64,000 nt of DNA from Salpingoeca rosetta (GCA_033442325.1 JAWQFM010000005.1:2308477-2372476); one strand, 5' to 3'. Positions 1-13,809 are shown, numbered from the stretch's first letter. Numbers and translations: made by a program. The notes: generated by a model from the sequence alone, not told the origin.

Positions 1-1
1 T

Positions 2-1027
2 GATGCAACGGCTGCACCGCCCACACCCGCCAGCAACAGCAGCAGCAGCAGCATGACGCCAGACCAGGAATGGCTGGTGATGCAAATCAACCACCTCCTC
101 ATCGCCACATATGCGGAGGTGCCGGACACGGAGGCCGTTACGAGCGTGCTCGCACGTCTCCTCTTCCTCGGCGTGCAGCCCACCAAGCAGACGTACAATC
201 ATGTTGTGCGTGCTTACGAGGCCGCCGGCGACGCATCGCGCCTGGAGTTTCTCATCAAATCGCTGGAGGACGAGCACGACGGCGGCAACCCCGATGCGCG
301 CGTGCCGGACCACTGGTACGCGTCGCTCATGCGCGTGTACAGGACCACGCGCGACGTCGAGTCGGCGTTGGCGCTAATGGAGCGGGCAGCGGACCGCGGG
401 GTGAAGGACACGGCGCCCATCATTTCCGACCTGGCCGTGGTCGCGGCCGCTACGGGCTCCGTTCGCTGGGCAGACACCATGGTGAGGGACATGGAGGACG
501 CAGGCATGACGCCGTCCGGGGACGCGTATCTGCACATCATCCGCGCATACAGCGACCAGCTCGACATCAGCGGCGCACAGCAGGCCCTCGCGCGTGCACA
601 GACACACGCACACGCGCTGACAGACGAGCACTACGAGGCGCTTGTGACGGCGTGTCTTGCCGTGGACGACGATGCTGGGGTGCGGCGGGTGCAGCAGGAG
701 CTGCGACAGCACCAGCGCAGACAGCAGCGGGCACGCAGCCAGCAGCAGCAGCAGGCCGCGCCCGTGGCAACAGGCATTGGCGGTTCGCGCGCCGTGATGG
801 CGGCAGCGGAGGGTGCAGTCTTGCCTGCAGGCAACAACGGGGATGCCGCTGGTGTGTCAGATGTTGACCCTGACCGTGCACAGGGCCAGTCGGCTATGAC
901 GCACCATCATGATGGTGATGATGGCGGGGAAGTTGTTGTTGGTGGCGCGGTGCCTGAACACGTGCAAGCAGCATGGCAGCAAGGCTTTCAGCTGCACATG
1001 CTCGCACCAGATCGCTTTGCGCCCTGA
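2..1027 (+). CDS. Pentatricopeptide-repeat (PPR) protein, C-terminal part (5' end outside window)
   Basis: Frame is open from base 2. Several ~35-aa PPR-like helical repeats (QPTKQTYNHVVRAYEAAGD, PDHWYASLMRVYRTTRDVESALALMERAADRGV, MTPSGDAYLHIIRAYSDQLDISGA, TDEHYEALVTACL), then a Q/A/G low-complexity tail and TGA at 1025-1027. Confidence 0.7.
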   Translation, partial: DATAAPPTPASNSSSSSMTPDQEWLVMQINHLLIATYAEVPDTEAVTSVLARLLFLGVQPTKQTYNHVVRAYEAAGDASRLEFLIKSLEDEHDGGNPDARVPDHWYASLMRVYRTTRDVESALALMERAADRGVKDTAPIISDLAVVAAATGSVRWADTMVRDMEDAGMTPSGDAYLHIIRAYSDQLDISGAQQALARAQTHAHALTDEHYEALVTACLAVDDDAGVRRVQQELRQHQRRQQRARSQQQQQAAPVATGIGGSRAVMAAAEGAVLPAGNNGDAAGVSDVDPDRAQGQSAMTHHHDGDDGGEVVVGGAVPEHVQAAWQQGFQLHMLAPDRFAP

Positions 1028-1276
1028 CGGCAGCCATGTGCGCGTGTTGTGCTTGTGTGTATTGTTTGTGCATGTGAATTGTGGTTTGCTTTGGGGAATT
1101 ACTGTGTGTATCTGTATTCGGAGGAGAGTAGCGAGTCACTGCCATGATGAAGACACTTTGTATGAAGCGGCATCAGAGTAAACAGACAGGAGAAGCGAAA
1201 AACAAACAAGCAAGCAAGCAAACAAACAAACAAACAAAAGGAAAACAGAACGCCTGACGAGCAAAACAACAACAGC

Positions 1277-1314
<38 letters not shown>

Positions 1315-1440
1315 CGAGAGGGACGTATTCGTGTCGTAACAAACAGCAAGAGCATGCGCCCGAGAAGAACACCCACCTCACGGCAATGGAAAGACCAAAC
1401 ACACCACGACGCCACGACGACAACCCGAAGCAATTGCACC

Positions 1441-1580
1441 TCACGCGCACACGCCGTCATCCATGTCGGTGTATTGGAAGTTCATGTCAGCAGGAAGCGG
1501 CGGGACCTCTGGCGCTCTCGTTGGAATGTCCAGCCCGTGCAGGTTGAGCAGGTGCAGCCGAAGCTCAATCCTGTGTTGTG

Positions 1581-1615
<35 letters not shown>

Positions 1616-2943
1616 GTGTGTGTGTGTGTGTGTGTATGCGTGTGTGGTGAATAACGGGTGTGCGGAGGCGAGAAGTGGCAAGAAAAGGCAAGAAGATGTA
1701 GGAGGAGGTTCCAAAGAAGACACATTTGGTGGCGAGCAAGCCAGTGTCGCACGGCATGCAACGGACTTTGCCAGGCGTCTGATTTCGGAGAGGGATGAGG
1801 CCTCTTGCATGTCCTGACCAACGAGTGCACGGATCCCATCCAACCACACGGCAGTCTGATGGAAGTGATTGTGTTGGGTGTTGTGGTAAGCATGATGTTG
1901 ACGTTCTGTTGTTGTTGATGTTGGTATTCGTGTTGGTATTGACGGCAAAGGTCGTGTTGAAGGCAACCAGTCAAAGCTGGATCTGTGTGCAGTATCAACA
2001 CCGCACTACAAGGGGGAACACCATCACTTGCTGATGTGCACTGCAGCTCCACTGCACTGACCGTGGTTGCATTTGCGCCGACCATCTCAAGCGCCTCCTC
2101 CATATCCGACGCCAGAATCGCAAACGCGTTGTCAACATCCTCAACCTGAACACGTGTGCGCGAGACAACCACAATGCGGTGTGCGTGTGCGTGTGTGCGT
2201 GTACGTGAATGTGTTTGTATGGGTTTGTGTGCGGGCGTGCAAATGCATGTGTGTGACTGAAAAAAAAAAATCAGCGTTTGTATGCAAGTGCTCGTGCATG
2301 ATCAACATGGAACGCCACGCTGACATCAGCACACTGCGCGCCATCACCTTCTTCTTCCCAGCAATGGACGGTACATCGCTGCCAACATAGATGACTTTGA
2401 TCTCAGAGGTGTCGCCTGCAGCAGGTGGCAGCAACGTGGATTAGTTTCGGGTGAAGGGGAGAGCAGTGCGATAACGCAGGCATACATGCACACGTGCACA
2501 CTTGCATGCGAGTGAAACTGCATCACACCCATACATGCATGTCACGACGTACACGTCAACAACAGAATTGCACAATTGTGCATTACAACCGCCAACCCCG
2601 CTCCTGGCTCCAATTAACCCTGAACCTCCCTCCCCTTCTCTTGTTGCGACTGACATTTGTGTGGGAGGTCGTGAAGTGTGGGCACGCTGGCAACGTCGCG
2701 GTCAACGGGGTCGCCCCAGTGGAGCGTCTTGTGGTTTGGAGCCAGCATCACGTAGAACCGACTTGCTGCTCGCAGTGAGACAAGTCATGGGAGGTGAGGG
2801 TGGTGGTGGGGAGGAAGGCTATGTGATATCGTCAGTGGCTACACCATGAACAGACGCACACAAGCACATGCAATCTGGTGCATGCACGCCCTCACAACCA
2901 CATAACCCCACAACCTCATGTACACATACACACATACACATGT

Positions 2944-2976
<33 letters not shown>

Positions 2977-4116
2977 CGCACACACGCACACACGCACACA
3001 CGCATACACACAACGCATGCATGACGCTCGGGCCGTGACTGTGTGCGCACCTTTTGCCTTCTTTGCGCGGCCGACAACACCGAACCACGCCCCCTGCACC
3101 ATCTGGGCGAGCCGCTGCTGGCACACGAGATCCGTCATGTCGCGCGTTAACCGATCGTAGAGACCGGACACAATTTCCGACTGCAACAACTTCTCCTCCG
3201 CTGTCAGGATTTCGTTCTTCTGCTCCTCCAGCATCTCTTGGAACGACTGCTGCAGCATGCAGTTCTGTACGCAGACGCACATTGTTGTTGTTGGTGGGTG
3301 GGGGTGGGGTTGGGGGGTTAACACATGTACACGGACACAACATATGAGTGCGACAGATGGACGCAGCGGGTGCTGTTCTTGCAGCGCCAGCCCTCATTAT
3401 CCACCACGCTACCTCTCACACCATCCACAACACGGCCATGCACTCTACACCACGTATGACATCCCCCATGCACCACCATCAAGTTCTGCACCACAGCATC
3501 GCGGCTTCGGCTCACCTTGAAGTCGTCCATGTTTGTCGGTGCAGATGTGCGCGGGAGCTCAAACACGCGCTGGATTTGCTTACGCACCATCGCCAGCACC
3601 TGCACGGGGGGGGGGAGGTCGAGGGAAGGGATGGCGGGGACAGAGACAAGGGCAGATGAGAAGGGGCACATGGACAGAGCAAACAACCCACGCACACACG
3701 CGCACGCGCATACACGCATACACACACTCACACACACACACCTTTGGTTTGTCGGTGACTTTTGCCTCCATCTCCTTCCATGTGCGAAGTCCAAGCTGCA
3801 TGCACGCCAGGAACATCTGCAGCGGCAGTGGTGTTGGCGATGAGGGAGAGGAGGAGATGTGTAAGATAGGGGGGAGGAACAACACGGTGGTATGAGGGAG
3901 ACAGCAGGGTACAATCAGCGTGGCGGTGGTTGGATGTACGCATGAGAGCAGGTACGGCTTAAGGGCTGACCTCGAAGAAGGCATTTCGGGAGGAGTAGAG
4001 GATGGGCAGATACTCAACGCCGTCGTTCGTCACTGCAGTGGCGACAGCAAGGCAGCCACGACGATGCACAGAAACGTTGGGATGATGAACGCGTCACACA
4101 CGCGCTCGACACATTG

Positions 4117-4147
<31 letters not shown>

Positions 4148-5249
4148 ACATACTCGCACACACACGCACACACACACACGCACACACATTCACATTCACA
4201 CACGCACACATACACACATTCACACACATACACATTCACACACTGACGTACATTCATCCTCGGCGTGCAGGACCTGTAGGAGAACAGCAAGCATTGACTT
4301 TGCCATCCCGACAAACGGGCATGTGTACAGCGCAGGCCGCGAGATCTGGTCTGCAGCAAGCTTCGTGTAGCTCTGGCGGTGGCGGTGGTGTTACGTATAT
4401 TGCGTGTTGAGAGGGACGAGGGTGCATCGGTGATGAGGGTGCGAGGAGAACAACAAAGACGAAGTGATGGCGATGACCAGCACTGCCGACGCTACAAACA
4501 CCGACACCGACACAACACGAGCGCGACGATAATAAGCGTGCAGCCACATGTCTGCTTACGTCCTCGCTGTTGCGAACCCAATACGTGAGCGCATCGAGCG
4601 TCAGCATCCCTGGCGCCTCCCTGAACTCCGTCTCCGGGTTGGCCGGGTCCTGCCGCAGTGGCGTGGAAGAAGGGGCCGGGTTTGAGTGATGTGGCATGTA
4701 GTGTGATGTGGCATGTGATGTGGCATGTGGTGCAATGTTGCGTGGTGTAGACGGGCATTGATGAGAATATCCTGTTGTGAATGAATTGAGGCAGCATGTT
4801 CGAATGCATGTGCGTGTGCATGTGCGTGTGTGTGTGATGTGCGTGTGTGTGTGATGTGCGTGTGTGTGTGTGATGTGCGTGTGCGTGATGTGATGTGATG
4901 TGATGTGATGTGATGTGATGTGCGTGTGTATGCGTCCTCCCTGGATCACCGCACCTGGAAACCAAGCAGCCGAAATTTGTCCACATCTGTAGAGCACTCC
5001 GTTCCGTCTGCTCACATTTGAGCGCGTGCGTGTGCGTGTGCGTGTGCGTGTGCGCGTGCATGCGAACGGTGGTGACGTGAGCGCAGGCGAGGATGGTGTC
5101 AAATGAAGCTAAAGCTCAACTCAAAGGGTTTGTATGAACAGGGCTTGTAGTGTGTGTCTGTGTGTTTGGTGGCTAACTTTTCCGACCTGTTGTTTCGCTG
5201 AGCGTGGGAAGACACTGCACGAGTGCCTGCAAATTCGCCTTTGCCTCCT

Positions 5250-5300
<51 letters not shown>

Positions 5301-6031
5301 CACACACAGAGAGAGAGAAAGACACAGACATACAACATTGGGAACTGATGAGCGCAAGTGCGTTGAAAGAGAGTTGTGCATTCCCTCAGCTTCATCACCT
5401 CCCACGTTCATCACTTCTCAACACGACCATCACCACAGTGCGCACCTGGTCGGCCCAGTCAAATTCTGCGTACGAGCGCTGCACGAGGCGACGCAGCCAC
5501 AACTTCTGGAACACATCTGCACACACACACATGGAGGCAAGTATGGGTGGGCATGCATGTGCCGTGTGAATGCATGATCGACTGCACGCAGGCATGTCAT
5601 TGTGTGTGTGTGTGTGCATGCATGTGCGTGTGTGTATGTACACGCACAGAGCTGGTGTGCATATTCGGGCGGGACGGGCTTTTGGGAGAAATCGCGTGAT
5701 CCCAATGCGCGGAACACGTTGCGCTCCTCCAATGTCCGGAACAGCGACTGGCAGTGGTGTGGTGAGATGTGGTGGTGTGTGGTGTGAACGTGTCGATAGT
5801 TGTGAACGTGTTCATGTGTGGAAATGTTCGTGTGTCAATGTGCGTTGTCATGTGTGCAAGGACGGTGTGCCAGCGTGAACGTGGCAGCACACGATTGCGC
5901 AACACAAGCAGGTGTGTTCTGCCTGCACCTCTGCCTCCTTCTCGCGGGCGGGGTCGCCGGCGTGCGCTTGAATGAGCGCATTGAGCAGTGCAAGACCAGA
6001 CTCCTGCGTCTGGAAGTCGAACCTGCAGACA

Positions 6032-6062
<31 letters not shown>

Positions 6063-7638
6063 GCCCAAGGTTTGATGTAGGTGAGAAGTGGTGGCAAATG
6101 CCATTGAAGACGTCAATATCATACATTGAGCAGCATGCACAAAGCGAATATCCATTTCTGGCTCCATTTCCTTTGTCTCCTCCACACACCACAGCCAACC
6201 CCCCCCCCCCACGGCTCGTACGTACTGCTTGATAAACTCGATGATGCGGGTGATGCTGATCATCGACTCCACCACTCTTCGCGCTGGCGATGCGCGTGGG
6301 GAGAGAAGTTGGAGACAGACAGAGAGGCATAGAGACAGACGGACGGACGGATGGACGGACGGACAGACAGACAGACAGAAAGGGAAGTAACCGTGAGGAG
6401 CATGTCAACATAGACACCAAAGGCCTGCGAGCAGCAAGGCCCAACACAATTCCCACTACGATCCCAACACGAACACACGAAGCAGCAAGATACCCCCAAA
6501 TACACCTTGCCACCCCAATGTGGCGGTGGGCGCACCTTCCGGGACGCGGAGTTCATATGCGGCAAGGAGCTGCAGCGACGTGTGGATGACAAACCCGCTC
6601 TCCGCTTTGGTGTCGGCAATCATCTGGTGTGGCACGCGAGCACGAGCAGCAACGAAGATGAGCACGGGTGTACGCGCGAGCACGAAAGCGAACCACGGGT
6701 TGAGTAATGAGTGCGCCGGTGATGTTTTGAGAAAGGTTACTGGAGGGAGCAGCGCAAGCAGGGAAGAACGGCACGCAAGCGGTGATGGGTGCGGATGTGT
6801 TGGTGCCATCGACGCCAACGACAGCAGCGTCGGCGACGTTACCTCGGAGAGAAGGGTTGGGTTCTTCTTGTGCAGGTCGCGGAGATCGACCAAGTCGTGG
6901 CGCACAATGTTCACCAGCGCCTGCAGGGAGTAGCCGAGAGGGGAGTGAAGGCCTGCACCCCTGAACATGGTCACGGCTTCAAGCACAAGCGGCAAGCCTG
7001 CGACACGCACACACACACGCACACACACACATGATCCAGGCGTCAGGAAGAGTCGCATGAGGTGCGTTTGCTGGCCAGTGTGCGTCTGCGCTCGAGGCTG
7101 AAGAGGAACATCACCAACCAACATAATAAACAAGCGCAAACACTCACATGTACGCACAAATAAGCAAGCCCACAAACACACACTCACACAAGCACACACA
7201 CACACTCACACAAGCAAACATACACTCACAAGCAAACACACTCACACACACAGGCGTACCGCCTTGGGTAACAAATTCCTTGGCCACGGTCTTGTCGTGG
7301 GTTTCCTTCTTGATGTTCTTGATGGCTTGCTCCTTCTCGGAAGGGTTGCTTGAGCGCATTTGCCTGAGTAGCTGGGCGGTGAGGCCCTGCGCGGTCATGG
7401 CCAGCTGCAACACAATGCCGTCCTTGAGGACCTCGTTGCAGTTCTCCGGGGTGACATACTGGTTGGTCTCGACGATACGCAGCGAGAAGTGCGCTTCGTC
7501 GTCCACCTTGAAGTGCTGGCACAGCGCGTGCACGATTTCCTGCAGCGTTTGTCCCCTTTGCACCTCCAGCAGCTTGGGCATGGCGTTTGGGGTGTCGGGC
7601 AAGACACACCCGATCTTCACGTTGTGGTTCATGGACAT
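1441..7638 (-). CDS. ELMO: ELMO/CED-12 engulfment and cell motility protein (multi-exon)
   Basis: Exon 1 (7638-~7257) MSMNHNVKIGCVLPDTPNAMPKLLEVQRGQTLQEIVHALCQHF...NQYVTPENCNEVLKDGIVLQL...EFVTQGG matches the ELMO N-terminus. ELMO-domain motif QDPANPETEFREAPGMLTLDALTYW at ~4655-4560. PH-domain start QQRLAQMVQGAWF (~3120) and RFYVMLAPNHKTLHWGD (~2755-2710). Last exon IELRLHLLNLHGLDIPTRAPEVPPLPADMNFQY (EAD plus proline-rich tail), stop at 1441-1443. Internal exon boundaries are approximate. Confidence 0.9.
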
Positions 7639-7948
7639 GGCGACACCTCACGTTCGGTCGCTTGTTTTCTGGTGTTGTGCACGCACACACACACATACAC
7701 AGGGACAGACACAAGCTGGTGTTGTTGCAACAACACACAAGCGGTCGCAGTGGGTCAAAGCGAGCGAGCGAGGGGGGAACAGCCGCGTTCCAGATACAGT
7801 GACACGGTAGCTGGGCGTTGTGGTGGTTGGCTGGTGTTGTGGTTTGTGGTTGTCTTCTTCTTCTGCCTGTTGATGAGTTGTGGTGCAATTTGCAACACGG
7901 GGCGTGAGCGCAATTTGCAAAACAGTTGGCCGTTGAGCAGCAGCGAAG

Positions 7949-8437
7949 ATGGCAGAGGAAGCAGGGAAGCACGGCAGCGGTGGCAGCGAGCACAGGCACA
8001 GGGCGCAGGCGTTTGTGAAGGCGTTCAACCACGCTCTAAGCAAGACCATCGAAGCAGCAAGGTGCGGTGTGGAGTGGGATGGGATGGGGAGTGGAGTGAA
8101 GTGAAGGGGAGTGGATGGGAGTTGTGTTTGTGTGTGCTTGTGTGTGCTTGTGTGTGCTTGTGTGTGTGTGTGTGTTTTGTGTGTGGGTTTTGTGTTGCAA
8201 ACGCTTTAGTGTGCATGTGTGTGTGCAGTTGCAGTATGTGTTCGTGCTATGTGTACATGCACTGATCATTGGCGCTGATGCATCTTGCATGACGCTGTCT
8301 TATGTTTGCTGTAGTTGGAGCACGGTGACGGCACAGTTTTCGGAACTGATCCCCGCAGAGTCTGCAGCATATCTTGGCGACTTGTACACACAATTCCTCA
8401 GCAACGTTGAGTCCAGCTCTCAGGTAAGCGCCTTGTT

Positions 8438-8501
<64 letters not shown>

Positions 8502-9003
8502 CATCTGAGCGGTGTTGCCCAATGATTGAATCTTCCTGTTTNNNNNNNNNNNNNNNNNNNNNNNNNNNNNNNNNNNNNNNNNNNNNNNNNNNNNNNNNNN
8601 NNNNNNNNNNNNNNNNNNNNNNNNNNNNNNNNNNNNNNNNNNNNNNNNNNNNNNNNNNNNNNNNNNNNNNNNNNNNNNNNNNNNNNNNNNNNNNNNNNNN
8701 NNNNNNNNNNNNNNNNNNNNNNNNNNNNNNNNNNNNNNNNNNNNNNNNNNNNNNNNNNNNNNNNNNNNNNNNNNNNNNNNNNNNNNNNNNNNNNNNNNNN
8801 NNNNNNNNNNNNNNNNNNNNNNNNNNNNNNNNNNNNNNNNNNNNNNNNNNNNNNNNNNNNNNNNNNNNNNNNNNNNNNNNNNNNNNNNNNNNNNNNNNNN
8901 NNNNNNNNNNNNNNNNNNNNNNNNNNNNNNNNNNNNNNNNNNNNNNNNNNNNNNNNNNNNNNNNACACTACACACACACACACACACACACACTACTACA
9001 CTA

Positions 9004-9039
<36 letters not shown>

Positions 9040-9446
9040 ACACACTTACACACACACACTTACACACTTACACACACACGCACGCACGCACACATTGTGT
9101 AGGCGCTGTACAAGCGCGGGGGATGTGGCTGATGCAACGCACACGGCGGCGAAAGCAGAGCTTGAGAGCAGGTTGCAAGGGACGCTGGGAGCGCTGCGCG
9201 AACGAAATGCACAGCTTGAAGCTGAGATTGCACGGCTGAAACAAGAACAAAAGCATAACCAACAGTCACAACCACAGGCAGAGCAAGCAGACACCCTAAC
9301 ACAGGCTGGACCGTTCAGCAAGAAACTTGCTCAGGTACGGGCCTGGGTAACAGCATTCACCCGTGTTCATCTCGACGAGTCGTCGTTTTGCTCGCTGGCA
9401 ACCATGACCGCATGCACTTTCCCCTCTATCACACCTGCACACATAC

Positions 9447-9484
<38 letters not shown>

Positions 9485-9664
9485 TCTCTCTCTCTCACTT
9501 TCCTCACACACACACCTCACACTTTTCTCTCACACACACACACGCACACACGCACACACACACCCTGTCCGCCTGTGTGCTTGCAGGTGGCAAGGGTGGC
9601 TGATGCCGAGGCCTCCCCGGCGAGACAAGAGGAATTGGAAGTGTTCTTGGGACAGCTCAAGTGA
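7949..9664 (+). CDS. Small coiled-coil protein, probable Nnf1/PMF1 (MIS12 kinetochore complex); spans an N-gap
   Basis: Exons 7949-8061, 8315-8423, [gap], ~9103-9334 and ~9587-9664 with GT-AG boundaries. MAEEAGKHG...RAQAFVKAFNHALSKTIEAASWSTVTAQFSELI...LYTQFLSNVESSSQ resembles the Nnf1 N-terminal FNRALxxxI..SWxKVxxCFP pattern. Coiled coil LGALRERNAQLEAEIARLKQEQ follows. Confidence 0.5.
8542..8964. other. Assembly gap (N run)
   Basis: Run of N. Confidence 1.
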
Positions 9665-11007
9665 TTTAGTGATACCAACGCTGCTGCATGTTACATTACA
9701 GCAACCCTTGCGTGTCCCTTTGCATTGCACCTTCCCATCTTTTTTTTTCTTTTTCACTTGAGAACCGTGTGCGTCATGCCTCCTTCACTCTTGTCTCTCG
9801 TCCCCCCTCCCCTCCTTTCTCTTCATTCCTCTTTTTCTAGCCGATCTCTGACTGTGAGGAAAAACGGATGTCAGGTGCCCTTGCACTCTGGTGTTGCTCC
9901 CTCCTATCCCCCCTTCAATGTCCTCACGTCGCACTCTGATGTAACACGTTCTTCTCTTTCCTCTTCTCGCTCGTATTGACCGTTGCTGTGCTTGTTGAAT
10001 GTTACTGCCTGCCGAGTGCTGCCTCTTTGTACACACACATACACAATCGAGCACTGGAGATGTTTGCAAACCGCACAGCGTGCACATATTGCCTTGTGTG
10101 TCCTTTTGTACGAATGGACACTGGTGACCTTAAGACCTTATCACAATCCAACAAAAAACAAAAAACACACACGCACACACGCACACACACACTCACACAC
10201 ACACTCACACACATACGCATGCACCCACCTTCCTTTATGCACACTCATCCACTGTCATCTCCAACCCTCCGAGTTGTTTCTCCTCCACAAACCAGAAACC
10301 AGAAAACCATTTCAGTCATCATCCCTTCTGCCAGCATCACAAGCAGCTGTCACATTGTCACATCACGCCACTGCTTGATGACTCAGGTCCAGGTTGTTGC
10401 GCGCGTCTTCTTCGCGTCTTCTTCGCGCCTCCAACGAAAAACATCCATGTCACAGCTGTGTCTGCTCGTCGAAATCTGGCGAACATTTCCACAGATTATC
10501 CACACGGATGCCAAGCGAAAAAAAAAGAAGAAAAGAAAAGAAGGCAGGTATGCGTGTGCGGGTGCAACCCCTCCTCGCTTGCTTGCTCCTTGCGTGACTG
10601 TGATGTGTGTGTGTGACTGCGCCATCTGTGCTGCTGGTGGCTTGACATACGCACACCGACCAGCCTCAAGCACACACAAACAAAAGCAAACAAGCAACAC
10701 TCCACATGAGGGAAAACTTGCATGATTGGCGAGGTTGTTATGACATAGGGGAGGGCGGGGCCTGTGTCGTGTCACACACTCACACAGACAACAACCGGCG
10801 GCTGTGGCCGTGTAATGGCACAGTCGTGTGGTACCATTGCCACTCACTCACTCATCCTTGGTCAAAGAGGCAACGGGCGCCTCTTCCGCACCGAGTTTGT
10901 CATGATGATGGTGATGTGAGCCTCCACGCTTTCTTCTCACCCTACAACCAACATGACACCGCCACCTGCACCATGCCCGAACTGCCTGTTCTGTGCTACC
11001 ACACAGG

Positions 11008-11750
11008 ATGAGCAACGTGCTTGCGGGAGAAGGCGCCAGGGGGCGGATGTTGCTGAAGAAGGAGGAATTGCTGGCCTCGTCGCCACCGCCGCTGGCGCCA
11101 ATTCCAAGACGAATTATAATCAGCAACGGCAAACCTCGCTCCAACGGCGTCAAGGGCGACGCTGCTGGTGATGGTAGCAATTGCTGTGGTGCCAGCAGCG
11201 GCAGCAACAGCAACAACAACACCGGAAGCACGAAACGCAGCAACGGCAACGGTGATAGCGATGACAGCGCTGACGACGACGATGATGATGAAGGTGATGA
11301 TGGCAGAGAGACGCCAACATTCGTGGCATCAAAAAGGGAGCAGCACAGGGGCCAGCACCACAACGGGCATGACAATGACAGCAGGGAAAGGAGCGAGCAG
11401 ATGATTTCCGATTCAGACGACAGCGCCGACGCAATAAAGTCGGAACCCGATGAGGTGGACGAGGCATCCTCACCAGCCGACGACAACGAGGAGTCGCTGG
11501 AGGCACAGGCTGCCGCTGCACTGTGCGCCCTGAAGCACGCCTGCCCCGTTGGTGTTCCAACGCAGCAGCGCCCCGTGTCGTCAAGGGCAACTTCAGCAAG
11601 GAGAACACAGGGACTGCAGCCACAACTACAGCAACAACCACAACCGCAACCACAACTACAGCAGCAGCAGCAGCAACTGCCACAGCACCACGTCCAGCCA
11701 CGGCAACAACAGCCGCAGCCTCAGCCACACCAACAACAACTACAACAGCT

Positions 11751-11783
<33 letters not shown>

Positions 11784-12609
11784 CCTGCCACAGCACCACG
11801 TCCAGCCACGGCAACAACAGCCGCAGCAACAGCAACTACAACAATTCCCCCAACAACAGCAACAACAACTACAACAGCTACAGCAGCAGCAGCAGCAACA
11901 GCAAGCGTGGTCTGTGCCGTTGCCGTTGTTTCCACAGCAGGCCAACTTCCCGGCCCACCCGGGCATTGCGCCATCGCCGTCTGTATGGCCTTACGCTCCA
12001 AACACCACCACTATGCTGGCGCACCCTGGTATGGCAAGCATGGGCACAGCTGCACCGTCGCTACGGCAGCACTGGCCCGTGCCGACAGCGGCTGTGTTCC
12101 CCGTGCGAACGACGGCGCCACCGCCAACGCACGTGCCCGAACCGGAACCACACAACACCCAGACGGGCAGCCTGCTGTCGACGGATGAGGAGCGGCTATC
12201 GAAGCTGCTCAACAAGCGCAAGCGGTCCGGCACGCTGTGCAAGATGCAGCCGCAGGAAGTGCTGAAGCTTGTCGCCGTTGATATGGGGCGTGCGGTGGTA
12301 CAGCGCCAGAAGAATGTGCGCACGGGGCCCAAGTGCGACTTTTACTTCCGCTTGGGCGCGCTGGACGTGGACAAGCCGACGTTCAAGGTGATCAAGGCGG
12401 CGCTGATGGAGCTCAAGCGCAGCGACAAGCACACGCTGGCGCAGCGGTATGTGGACGAGCGACGCAAGCTGCAGAACCAGCGGTCCCAGGCGAAGAAGCG
12501 GTCACAGGTGCATCAGGACATGCACCACTGCAAGCAGCGCAACGCCGTCCTGCGCAAGAAGCTTGATGACGCAAATCGTGTGCTCAGCGCCCTCTCCCAC
12601 CTCTTGTGA
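11008..12609 (+). CDS. Poly-Q protein with C-terminal bZIP-like domain (putative transcription factor), single long exon
   Basis: Long ORF with first ATG at 11008. That ATG directly follows acacag, so an upstream exon is possible. Acidic region, internally duplicated poly-Q block, then basic region ERRKLQNQRSQAKKR (N-x7-R) and heptads MHHCKQRNAVLRKKLDDANRVLSAL. Confidence 0.65.
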
Positions 12610-12667
12610 CCTGCGTTTTTGTGTTTGCTTGTCTCTGTGTGTGTGTCTGTCTGTGTGTGTGTGTCTG

Positions 12668-12698
<31 letters not shown>

Positions 12699-13391
12699 GT
12701 CGATGTGTGCGTCGGTGTGCAGTGGTGTGTGTTGCTTGTGTGCACGAGCGTGTGCGAACGCTTGTGCTGTTGGCTTCAGAACCCATGCTGCCCGCATGTG
12801 CGGCTGCTTCTCTTTGCTTCTTTCCTTAGACGACCTGTCCATTGTTCCCCACTTTCCCGTGTTCATTCATTGCGTTGCAATGCTTCAATTGTTCATCTTC
12901 CGTGTCAACACAAAGACACAAACACACACACGCACACAAACGCACACACACACACACGCACGCGCACGCGCACACACACACACACACAAACACATCTTTC
13001 TCCATCTTGCTGACACTCCTCTGTTGTTGTTCACAAATACACAAGAGGGCCTGCGATTCATTCGTCAGTTCACGCAGCTTCGCAAGCCAGCCACACACTC
13101 ACCAAGTAAGCGACAACAGCTCGTAACCCTCACGTCAATCCATCCACCAAGCGAGTCAGGACCTTCAAGGCCTTCAAGGCCACGTGTTTTGGTTTTGCGC
13201 CATCGCGCACTGTCACGGCAAAACCACCACAACAACAACACAATGCACGCAAGTGAGTGCTGAGCGCCTGGGGCGAGAGTGCGTCGTCATTTATTCCCTT
13301 GAGTGTGATCCGACGAGATAGCCAACAAGAAGAGCGAGCCAAAGCCGAGACTAAGCAGGGAAGAGAAGACAAGACAACAAGCCCGACCAAG

Positions 13392-13730
13392 ATGGCTGCG
13401 GTTGGAGTTGGAATGGCGCTGATGGCGGCAATCGCCGTCTTGACACTGGCGGTGGGAAGCAGGACATGTGCTGCTTCTTCCGCATCGGCAGCAGGAGCAC
13501 CACCCGCATCGTGCAACAGCACTACGTTGCGGGCGACGTTCGGACCACTCCCGCCGTTCCTGACCTTCACTTCCTGTGAGGACGTGGATGCCAACGCCAC
13601 GTGCACCGTGGGTTGTGATGGAACGCAGCGCTACACGGGCACGGCCGCAACCCTGCGCTGCGAGAACAACGGCACCGCCTTCTTCTCTGGACAGCTCCCC
13701 ATCTGCCACCGTAAGTCCACCTGAAGCTGG

Positions 13731-13809
<79 letters not shown>

